The notes under the pieces are model-generated. The model saw only the letters and a program-made list of their open reading frames with translations. It was not told where the DNA came from and did not search any database. Both the position numbers and the translations under genes were made by a program. Below are positions 57,162 through 64,000 of a stretch of 64,000 bases of DNA, piece after piece. Every line of letters starts with the position of its first letter. Position 1 is the stretch's first letter. Source of the stretch: a virus; IMG/VR virus record IMGVR_UViG_3300004180_000001, positions 2,820-66,819 of that record; one strand, written 5' to 3'.

Positions 57162-57540
57162 CACGACCTCCTGTAAAACCACGCATTTTTGCCAGAACGC
57201 CAGGCAGGTAAAGGTCGGAGACTTTGCCAAGCCAATTATTTTGCCCGCCTGTGTAATCCATGCGGCTTTCGCAGGATCGGTACATGACTCGGCTGTTGCC
57301 AAAACTTGATTCGGCGATCTGAATATAAACCTTGTCGGAATGCAGCGTTATCTCACCGCTTACCGCGATGCCGCCCATATTTGAACGCAGGTCGTATTGG
57401 GTCGGTTTGAGACCGATAAATGTTGCGTAATCTTTCAGGAGTTTCTTGGCGTTGCTGTGAAACGCTTTCTTCAACGAGGGATCGCAGTAACTCAGATTAT
57501 TATCCATAATACGATCAACGATTTCGGATTGTTCAGACAT
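57145..57540 (-). CDS. Mobile-element-type hypothetical protein
   Basis: YDLRSNMGGIAVSGEITLH...YRSC...DYTGGQN. Confidence 0.65.
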   Translation of the reverse strand: MSEQSEIVDRIMDNNLSYCDPSLKKAFHSNAKKLLKDYATFIGLKPTQYDLRSNMGGIAVSGEITLHSDKVYIQIAESSFGNSRVMYRSCESRMDYTGGQNNWLGKVSDLYLPGVLAKMRGFTGGRGGSKQ

Positions 57541-57552
57541 TTTAAGTTCCTT

Positions 57553-57571
57553 CTGTACTCGCTGAGTACAG
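57553..57571. repeat. Palindrome copy 7 (GCT)
   Basis: Exact reverse complement of copy 5; fused to the RBS. Confidence 0.95.
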
Positions 57572-57572
57572 G

Positions 57573-57776
57573 CTATTTGAAATTGCGGGGATTATGTACA
57601 GGCAACCGCCCCAAGGGTATCTTGGCGTGCCGTTCTTCGTGGTCGATCTTCCGCTCTAGCAGCGCGAGGTTGTTGGCACCCAACTGAGCGCCTGCTTTCG
57701 ACGCCACGTATTGATCAGCGGCGCTGTGGTTAGGGTGATGGGTGATGGCCCAGCCTTTGTAAGGGATTGATTTCAT
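57573..57776 (-). CDS. Hypothetical protein
   Basis: GGAGG RBS; ATGA overlap. Confidence 0.55.
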   Translation of the reverse strand: MKSIPYKGWAITHHPNHSAADQYVASKAGAQLGANNLALLERKIDHEERHAKIPLGRLPVHNPRNFK

Positions 57777-57962
57777 TCACCCTCCAGTTCAACTTGCAAA
57801 GCCTCTAGCAGGGCTTGTGTGTCGTCGCCGGTGATGGTTATGTCTAATTTTAATTTCATAAATTTACTCCTGTGTAAGGTTTTTGGCCACTTCAAGCCAG
57901 TTGACGCGCGGCTTGTAGTTTTCGAATAGATGGCTGTAGCCTTTTGGAATTTGTAAGTCATG

Positions 57963-58766
57963 CTATCTCCCAAGGTAATTGAACGTCCCGGGTGGTGTAA
58001 TGCACTCGACAGGGTAAGGAAAATCAGCCACCCTCAATTTTTTCAGAAAAATATCAGCGGCGTCCGTGCTTATTGGTTTTTGCCAGCCAAAGCAAAAGAC
58101 ATTTTTACCAGCGTAGAAAATAGCGTTGTAAGCCGGCAGACCTAAAGCCGCCATACGTTTATAACCGTCGTATTTTATGTTGGACAGCCGAGTTTCTTTT
58201 TCAAAATCCTGGTTGATTTTGTTTAGGAATTTTTCCAGTTTAACGGCGTTGAGACGAGTCTGAGCCTCCAACCAACGTTGCCGGACTTGCTCAAACACTT
58301 CGGGCGGCAGTTTCCGTTTCGGGTTGGCTAACGCAGCGGGTTTCAACTGCAACAGGTTAAGATTGGATTCTTCCAAATACTCGCTGCCGAGGCAAGCCGT
58401 GCAGTATGAAATATCGGTAGGATATTTTGCTCCGCAATATCCGCAAACGTAGGTATTTTGTCTAACGTCAATCATCTCCTTAGATATGTCAAGGTAATGC
58501 CCTATCTTGTGATTGCGGTTTCTCGGGTTGATGTCTTCGTACCAGTCGAACACCCGGCCTCCCGGCGTGGCGTTCCACTGATTGCTGTTAATGAAACTGG
58601 TATCCAGCTCAATTTCCGTCGGTTCATTAGGGATGAAATGCCGTGTGCCGATACAGTCGAACAGTTTGGCCCGGCCAGGAGTGGCTTTCAACTTCTCGCG
58701 GAGAATTGTGTAAGCCACTATGTCATCCGGCAGGTGAAAATTATAACCGTAAATTGTTGTTTTCAT
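57963..58766 (-). CDS. Hypothetical protein with a Zn ribbon
   Basis: CGYCG...CTAC; RBS abuts palindrome copy 8. Confidence 0.65.
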   Translation of the reverse strand: MKTTIYGYNFHLPDDIVAYTILREKLKATPGRAKLFDCIGTRHFIPNEPTEIELDTSFINSNQWNATPGGRVFDWYEDINPRNRNHKIGHYLDISKEMIDVRQNTYVCGYCGAKYPTDISYCTACLGSEYLEESNLNLLQLKPAALANPKRKLPPEVFEQVRQRWLEAQTRLNAVKLEKFLNKINQDFEKETRLSNIKYDGYKRMAALGLPAYNAIFYAGKNVFCFGWQKPISTDAADIFLKKLRVADFPYPVECITPPGTFNYLGR

Positions 58767-58778
58767 TGTAGTTTCCTT

Positions 58779-58797
58779 CTGTACTCAGTGAGTACAG
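58779..58797. repeat. Palindrome copy 8 (AGT)
   Basis: Exact; fused to the RBS. Confidence 0.95.
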
Positions 58798-58834
58798 GAT
58801 TAGTTAAAATTGTGAAACAATTTTCAAAGTAAAT

Positions 58835-59287
58835 TTATTCCCAGACTACCGTTCCGGAAAGTTGAAACATCTGGCCTTCTCTAAATTCCCAGCGGTAAAG
58901 ACAGCCATCCTCACCTTCCCAGTTGATGAAACCGCCTGATTCAATATAGGGCGCCAGCACTTCAAAGAAATGGTTTTCGTCGCCTGATTTAGAGTCGTAG
59001 TCTTCCACGGTAAGGAAGTTGTCTTCCAGATAGACTCCAAAACCTAATGTGCTCAAAACAGATTTAACTGATTTACAAGACTCGTGGTAATTCCAATCCA
59101 TCCAGGAAAACCAAACAAATTCATTGGGTTGGTCTTCCGGCAATCCTTCAGGTTTGGGATACCGACCGCCACTTTTTAAGTGGTTTTGGTTGTTAAGTTC
59201 GACCAAAGCTTCGTAAGCCTTAGCTTGCGTATCGGCATCCAACGAAATTTTTACCGTTGAACGTGTTATTTGTGTGTTGTATCCCAT
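58835..59287 (-). CDS. Hypothetical protein
   Basis: GGAG RBS; LAPYIESGGFINWEGEDG motif. Confidence 0.65.
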   Translation of the reverse strand: MGYNTQITRSTVKISLDADTQAKAYEALVELNNQNHLKSGGRYPKPEGLPEDQPNEFVWFSWMDWNYHESCKSVKSVLSTLGFGVYLEDNFLTVEDYDSKSGDENHFFEVLAPYIESGGFINWEGEDGCLYRWEFREGQMFQLSGTVVWE

Positions 59288-59300
59288 GTTTATTCTCCGA

Positions 59301-60053
59301 TTAATTGTTAATTACCAGCCAGTCGGCGTAGCCGAGTTCAGTATCGTTATTGTTGATTTGGTATTTCCAGTCGTCGCGGCGATCCTTAACGGATTTGACA
59401 AAGTCAGGGATATTGCCTTCCAAACAGGCTTTGAGTTGCAAGGCGGTGTCCGACTTTAGCAAGTTGAGGGCTTGTTTCAGGTTGCTGGCTTGCATGGCTT
59501 GTTTCAGGTTGCTGGCTTGCAGGTCTCTTCGGTAATAGCCTGTTGCATAACTTGTGTGCCGGTCTACGATACCTTGCCAGTTACTGTTCAGTAAACAGCT
59601 CAAAGGGCAGTAAACCGAGTTATTGGTTAAGCCTTTCGATTCCGGTATGTTCAGGTAGATTTCGTAGTCGTTTGAAATAGATGAGTCGTAGATACTGAAC
59701 TTGAAATGCTTAGCCCAAGGCAAAGACTGTTCCAGCAGGTATTTAACCAACTTGGCGAATGTCTGTGTTTGGTACGGCGCCTGCACTCGGCAGAGAAAAC
59801 CAAGGGTACTGACGTAACCTGCAATAGATTGCCCTGCAAAACCGTGCGGCGTAGCCTGCGCTATGACGGATACTTTCCCGGTTCGAAGGATTTCGTAAAC
59901 TTGTAGGCATTTCGGTTCATCCTCGAACCCTTTTTCCTCGGATACGTCGCTCAGCTTAATGTCGAGATCGACGATAGCCTGTTTTAACTGGTCTTCCGTC
60001 CAGTAATGAAGGAAGAATTTCCGGTTACGCAGGTATTTGAGTATTTTTTCCAT
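59301..60053 (-). CDS. Hypothetical protein
   Basis: GAGG RBS; 250 aa. Confidence 0.65.
   Translation of the reverse strand: MEKILKYLRNRKFFLHYWTEDQLKQAIVDLDIKLSDVSEEKGFEDEPKCLQVYEILRTGKVSVIAQATPHGFAGQSIAGYVSTLGFLCRVQAPYQTQTFAKLVKYLLEQSLPWAKHFKFSIYDSSISNDYEIYLNIPESKGLTNNSVYCPLSCLLNSNWQGIVDRHTSYATGYYRRDLQASNLKQAMQASNLKQALNLLKSDTALQLKACLEGNIPDFVKSVKDRRDDWKYQINNNDTELGYADWLVINN
59469..59521. repeat. 27-bp in-frame tandem duplication
   Basis: GGCTTGTTTCAGGTTGCTGGCTTGCA twice (QASNLKQA x2). Confidence 0.9.
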
Positions 60054-60117
60054 TGGCGATTCCTCGCAATTAATAAAAGTTGATGTCTGGTTAGGGTTAA
60101 ATAGGTTGACACTTATT

Positions 60118-60468
60118 TCACTTTACCTTGTAGGTTATAGGCATTTCATACATGCCCAGGTTATCACGGTAGACGGATATGCTGTAACCGCCGCTGTTTA
60201 CGACACAGGTGTTGCCGTAATTGATGTTGGTGCCTAAAGGCCAGAGCGCTACCAAATCCAGAGATTTGGTGGACGCGGCTTCCAAAGCCTCGTTGAGCGT
60301 GCCGAAACGTTTGTTGACTACTTCAGCCACGCTGAATTTGTAGCGAAAGTTGAAGCTATAGTTGAAGCCTTGGTCATTGCCTTTCCTGATTTTCTTGATG
60401 GCTTGCTCCAGAGCTTGGATAAGGTCGGCGTCAGTGGACGCCGAGGCAGAGATAACAGCTGTTTTCAT
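60118..60468 (-). CDS. Hypothetical protein
   Basis: RBS abuts palindrome copy 9. Confidence 0.6.
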   Translation of the reverse strand: MKTAVISASASTDADLIQALEQAIKKIRKGNDQGFNYSFNFRYKFSVAEVVNKRFGTLNEALEAASTKSLDLVALWPLGTNINYGNTCVVNSGGYSISVYRDNLGMYEMPITYKVK

Positions 60469-60479
60469 GATAGTTCCTT

Positions 60480-60498
60480 CTGTACTCAGTGAGTACAG
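60480..60498. repeat. Palindrome copy 9 (AGT)
   Basis: Exact; fused to the RBS. Confidence 0.95.
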
Positions 60499-60589
60499 GA
60501 TTAATTTTACGGAGTAAATTTTTCAACAAACTTCCAAACCGTTGTTTCACCTTTGCAAGAGGTAAACGACGTTTTTCCGTCATCCCAGG

Positions 60590-60925
60590 TTAAAGCGTTT
60601 CCATTGTCGTCGAAATATGTTGGGATACTACCCAGAATGGATAACCCAGTTCCGTAGCGCCGGAGTTAACTTGAGAGCGCCAGACATGTTTGGGGAATTC
60701 CCGGCTTTCAGGTTGATCGAGATCGACGACGGGGTTTGTCCAGGATTTTAGGTAGGCTTCTGCTTTGTCAGTATTGACAAAGTGAAGGCATCCATCGCTA
60801 GTGAGTTTTTCTGACAAACAAATCTCGTCAACCAAGTCTGTTAGGCGTTGTTGGATAAATTCAGGGCTTTCGTCTCCGGTTTCGTAGATAACGTCTACGA
60901 GCATTTGCAGGTGAAGTGTGGTCAT
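60590..60925 (-). CDS. Hypothetical protein
   Basis: Start MTTLH through an ATGA overlap. Confidence 0.55.
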   Translation of the reverse strand: MTTLHLQMLVDVIYETGDESPEFIQQRLTDLVDEICLSEKLTSDGCLHFVNTDKAEAYLKSWTNPVVDLDQPESREFPKHVWRSQVNSGATELGYPFWVVSQHISTTMETL

Positions 60926-61101
60926 AAGTTGGCCTCGCAATAATCATCCAATTCAGTAACAAGTCCGTCGAAGTCTTCCGATGGGCCTAGTAGGGATGCC
61001 ATCATAAAGACGACATTGGCTTCAACGCCATGTTCGTCGGCCAGGTTTTGCAGGTAGTCTCTGCGGTTATCGAATCCGTTTTCTTGGTAGATGTTAGGCA
61101 T
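60922..61101 (-). CDS. Acidic microprotein (59 aa, below the ORF-track cutoff)
   Basis: MPNIYQENGFDNRRDYLQNLADEHGV...LLGPSEDFDGLVTELDDYCEANL*. Confidence 0.6.
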   Translation of the reverse strand: MPNIYQENGFDNRRDYLQNLADEHGVEANVVFMMASLLGPSEDFDGLVTELDDYCEANL

Positions 61102-61228
61102 GGTTAATACTCGGTAGAGTTTAATTCGGAACGTGTCTTTCTGGCTAATTCAGGGCGCACAGAGACACGGATGGGTATTGGGACCGGTAACCGGGTCGGT
61201 AAAAGGAAAAGACGGCGTAGTAGTGTGA

Positions 61229-61429
61229 TCATTGTGGATTCTCCGGAGGTAGGTAATAAGGTTTCAGGTGTGGTTGTTTGGTTTTAATGTTTTGCAGGTA
61301 GGTGAGAGCGTCTGATTGGTTGGTGAAACGAGATACAACCTGCATTACGCCTTCTTCAACTACAGTGTGTTTGGTCGCATGGTACAAGATTACAGGGTTT
61401 TGTTGTTGATGCCAGGACATAGTGGGCAT
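61229..61429 (-). CDS. Hypothetical protein
   Basis: 66-aa ORF downstream of the 8-bp tandem repeat. Confidence 0.5.
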   Translation of the reverse strand: MPTMSWHQQQNPVILYHATKHTVVEEGVMQVVSRFTNQSDALTYLQNIKTKQPHLKPYYLPPENPQ

Positions 61430-61432
61430 AGT

Positions 61433-61480
61433 GGGTTGGAGGGTTGGTGGGTTGGTGGGTTGGTGGGTTGGTGGGTTGGT
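61433..61480. repeat. (GGGTTGGT)6 tandem repeat
   Basis: Six 8-bp units, the first ending in A. Confidence 0.95.
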
Positions 61481-61486
61481 ATCCTT

Positions 61487-61505
61487 CTGTACTCAGTGAG
61501 TACAG
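61487..61505. repeat. Palindrome copy 10 (AGT)
   Basis: Exact. Confidence 0.95.
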
Positions 61506-61678
61506 GATTTGGGAGTTGGGAGTTGATGCAAAATTGCAGGTTAAATTGGGCCACGGAGTGGGTTTAGTTTGGCTTTTCGGTAAAAACTACCGCAATGGTT
61601 GCGGAAAAGGGCATTTTGCCACTGAGCCTGAGGCGATAGGGTCCCCCCCTAATTTTATAGAGTGGGTATTTTAAGGGA

Positions 61679-61723
61679 TTTTTGCTCGACAACTTAGAAC
61701 ACCTCTAAGTTGTCGAGCAAAAA
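61679..61723. repeat. Perfect 20-bp inverted repeat with a 5-nt loop (bidirectional terminator- or cruciform-like)
   Basis: TTTTTGCTCGACAACTTAGA-ACACC-TCTAAGTTGTCGAGCAAAAA. Confidence 0.9.
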
Positions 61724-62230
61724 AAACGGAATTATTCGAAAAATGGTTTAAGAAAGTGTACAAATGAAATGGATGACCCCCATTAAAAAAAAAAAAAATT
61801 TTTTAAACCTTTTTTTTTTTTAAATACCTCTTAACCCAAATCTTAACTTTCGCCGTTCGGCCCTTTTCCTGACTTCTTGAGATTCGCCATCCGATGCCGT
61901 AAACCCCTACAGCTGTGTACACTAACACCCCAGGTTCAGTTTTTTTTTTTTTCTCTTAGAAAAAAAATAGTCGGCTGAGTTTTTTTTGTTAGAGTAAAAA
62001 ATGAACTTAGGTCGCCCGAAAGTTAAATTTTTTTTTTGTCGGCTGAGTAAATGCGTTAATGTCCATTAGAGAACTCTAATATGATTTTTGACCTGCATAA
62101 AAAAATCATAATTGCAACCCCCCGTACTCGCAGTGTAATTTCGTCTTTTAGCCAGAGTTTTGCCGTTAATTATCCTGAGCAACATGTTAGATACTCTTTA
62201 AGATCGCCAAGACGGTTGTAGGGTTTAGCC

Positions 62231-62239
62231 TGTGGATAA
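62231..62239 (-). promoter_or_regulatory. Consensus DnaA box (TTATCCACA)
   Basis: TGTGGATAA on the + strand; single copy. Confidence 0.35.
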
Positions 62240-62398
62240 GTCGATTTTAACAAATTAGACGTCCATAGCCCCATTTGAATATACTTAAATACTAATATAT
62301 CTTGTCATTGACCCAGTTAAAAATCGTACAATAATTGGTCAATTTAACATAATTACGCCAAGTGAATCGCTGGAGCCCGCGTCGTAGCTGGTAACTCT

Positions 62399-62614
62399 AA
62401 ACAATGGGTTTGGCCGTTAGGAAAATCGCCTAAAATACCAGGTATAACGCAAAGTAAATACACGGTATTGACAAAGTTAAATTTTTATGAAACAGGCAAG
62501 TTTTACTTAAATTTCAGTAACTTATGTAAATTTGCCGAAAAGCTGACTTTTTGCTCATTATCGGCGATAGGCCAACGTTTATAAGCAATTCCAAACAATG
62601 GGTTTGGCCGTTAG
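62399..62614. repeat. 22-bp direct repeat pair
   Basis: AAACAATGGGTTTGGCCGTTAG at 62399-62420 and 62593-62614. Confidence 0.9.
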
Positions 62615-62757
62615 AGTTTTTTACGCCAAGTGATTGTCTGTTTTTGCGTTTTTGTACAAAACAGGACAAAAATGGCCAAAATTAAAATAAATAAAATCCG
62701 TTAGAGTCGGTTTTAACAGGGCTATCAACCAAGTGATTGATTGATAGCTAAGAAAGC

Positions 62758-62776
62758 CTGTACTCAGTGAGTACAG
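62758..62776. repeat. Palindrome copy 11 (AGT)
   Basis: Exact. Confidence 0.95.
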
Positions 62777-62802
62777 AAACAATGTATTTTTTCCGTTAAA
62801 AG

Positions 62803-63303
62803 TTAGGCAGGTTCGACGATATAACCGAAACTTGCCAGTAACAGCAGGTTAGCTACCGAAACCTTTGCCAAGCACGTCGATCCGATCGGGCGTTTCCCGG
62901 CTTTCCGTATGTTGAATTTCACTTCCGTAATGTCCAAATCTTCCGTCAACTTGATAGCCTCAAGGTGGTTTAATAAGGACGCTTCACAAGGGTTTATGTA
63001 GCTTTGGTGGTGGTCGTAGACGGCCAGGTAGTATCTCTCGCCCCATTTTTCAGCACGTAGGCGAAGTTTGCCGATTTCAAACGCCGTGTAGACGGCGATT
63101 AGCACGTCACCGGCAGGATTGTTGCTGGTCTTTTCAAGGAACAAACCAAACAAATCGCAGTTTGTCGGAGGATCTAGGGATGGGTTGCAAGCCAATACCA
63201 AGTCTCTGGTGACGTGTCGGATGTGTAGCGCCTGGGCTTGCCCCTTTTGCCACAGTTTGAACAGAGTGCTCAGGTCGGTTGCTTTGAAGAATTTTGTTTT
63301 CAT
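62803..63303 (-). CDS. Hypothetical protein
   Basis: AAGGA RBS; bracketed by palindromes 11 and 12. Confidence 0.6.
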   Translation of the reverse strand: MKTKFFKATDLSTLFKLWQKGQAQALHIRHVTRDLVLACNPSLDPPTNCDLFGLFLEKTSNNPAGDVLIAVYTAFEIGKLRLRAEKWGERYYLAVYDHHQSYINPCEASLLNHLEAIKLTEDLDITEVKFNIRKAGKRPIGSTCLAKVSVANLLLLASFGYIVEPA

Positions 63304-63330
63304 GGTGTTTCCTTTTTCGGTTGTGGGATT

Positions 63331-63349
63331 CTGTACTCACTGAGTACAG
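63331..63349. repeat. Palindrome copy 12 (ACT)
   Basis: Exact; extends GGATT/AATCC. Confidence 0.95.
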
Positions 63350-63368
63350 AATCCGGGGGAGGTTGTGA

Positions 63369-63557
63369 TTAGATTAAAACGTAACCGCCGTTCTCACGAC
63401 TCAGTTGGTTTTCCAGTTGCGTAAGACGCCTGCAAGCTTGTAGGTGAACTACACGCAGACCTGCCCTGGTCTTGCCCTCTGTTTTCTTTATCTCGGTCTC
63501 TAGGCGCTCGATTTGCAGTTCGACGCGCTCTATTTGTTCAATGATTGGTATAAACAT
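63369..63557 (-). CDS. Small coiled-coil hypothetical protein
   Basis: AAGGA RBS; bracketed by palindromes 12 and 13. Confidence 0.55.
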   Translation of the reverse strand: MFIPIIEQIERVELQIERLETEIKKTEGKTRAGLRVVHLQACRRLTQLENQLSRENGGYVLI

Positions 63558-63594
63558 GACTGCTATTCCTTTTAGGTTGGTTGGTGGGTTGATC

Positions 63595-63613
63595 CTGTAC
63601 TCACTGAGTACAG
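63595..63613. repeat. Palindrome copy 13 (ACT)
   Basis: Exact; extends ATC/GAT. Confidence 0.95.
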
Positions 63614-63626
63614 GATTTTTACTGGG

Positions 63627-63866
63627 TTAAATCTCGTCTGGTGGGAAACCCTCGGCCCACAGCGCAGCTTCAATAGGACAGACGTAAGTTTCCGAAACAT
63701 CGTCCCAAATAAGGTCGAAGGTTTTCTCTACTTTATCCTCGTCTCGAATGATTGAGATTTGGGCGGGCGTAATTGTCCCGACCATAATGAGAACGTCTGT
63801 GCGTTCTCGAATTGGTCTGGTTTTTAACCCGACTGCGCTGATTTGATAAGTACAAAAAATTGCCAT
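63627..63866 (-). CDS. Hypothetical protein
   Basis: AAGGA RBS; bracketed by palindromes 13 and 14. Confidence 0.55.
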   Translation of the reverse strand: MAIFCTYQISAVGLKTRPIRERTDVLIMVGTITPAQISIIRDEDKVEKTFDLIWDDVSETYVCPIEAALWAEGFPPDEI

Positions 63867-63941
63867 GAAAAAATCCTTGGCCCACGAAGGCCGGTTGGTT
63901 TTGAAATTCGAGGCCCGGAATTTTGGTCTCGCGTTTTTAAT

Positions 63942-63960
63942 CTGTACTCAATGAGTACAG
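63942..63960. repeat. Palindrome copy 14 (AAT)
   Basis: Arms exact. Confidence 0.95.
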
Positions 63961-64000
63961 AATTTAAAAGAAGTGTGCGCACGCGCGCGCGAAAAAAAAA

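Larger units (their letters stand above)
61506..62757. other. Non-coding AT-rich island (candidate origin, terminus or injection-control region)
   Basis: No credible ORFs; homopolymer tracts, inverted and direct repeats, and a DnaA box. Confidence 0.6.

Noticed and set aside
62308-62490. TTGACC and TTGACA as sigma70 -35 boxes
   Set aside because: No good -10 hexamer at 16-18 bp spacing.
37009-63960. 19-bp palindromes as a CRISPR array
   Set aside because: Copies are 0.26-9.5 kb apart and separated by whole genes; no cas genes are present.
46484-63960. Palindromes as integron attC sites
   Set aside because: Too short, no RYYYAAC/GTTRRRY ends or extrahelical bases, and no integrase in the window.
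37009-63960. Palindromes as ordinary intrinsic terminators
   Set aside because: Most copies lack a U-tract and abut an RBS; sequence identity across 14 copies is not expected of terminators.
1-64000. Alternative genetic code or prophage context
   Set aside because: Genes tile cleanly under the standard code; no host genes, integrase or att site are visible.

Overview
This 64-kb window is part of a tailed dsDNA phage genome, probably a long-tailed siphovirus given the 1999-aa tape measure protein and the absence of a sheath gene. No integrase, rRNA, tRNA or CRISPR array was found. Layout: (i) 1-19.7 kb is a + strand tail module (tail tube, paralogous fibre-like proteins, tape measure, tail tip) with a small inverted holin/lipoprotein block. 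(ii) 19.7-45 kb is a - strand lysis, recombination, replication and nucleotide module (SLT endolysin, SbcCD-like pair, resolvase, folA, thyA, dut, Dda-like helicase, PolA, putative SSB, HU, SNF2 helicase, AEP primase-helicase, dNMP kinase). (iii) 45-64 kb is a dense - strand array of small early-type hypothetical genes plus a 1.25-kb non-coding island. Two non-coding signals stand out. The first is 14 copies of an invariant 8-3-8 palindrome, CTGTACTC-NNN-GAGTACAG, at gene junctions and often fused to the ribosome-binding site. The second is two diverged intergenic copies (about 48.80-48.96 kb and 50.69-50.87 kb) of what looks like one pseudoknotted structured RNA, supported by compensatory base changes. 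All protein calls come from recognising motifs by eye; no database searches were run.
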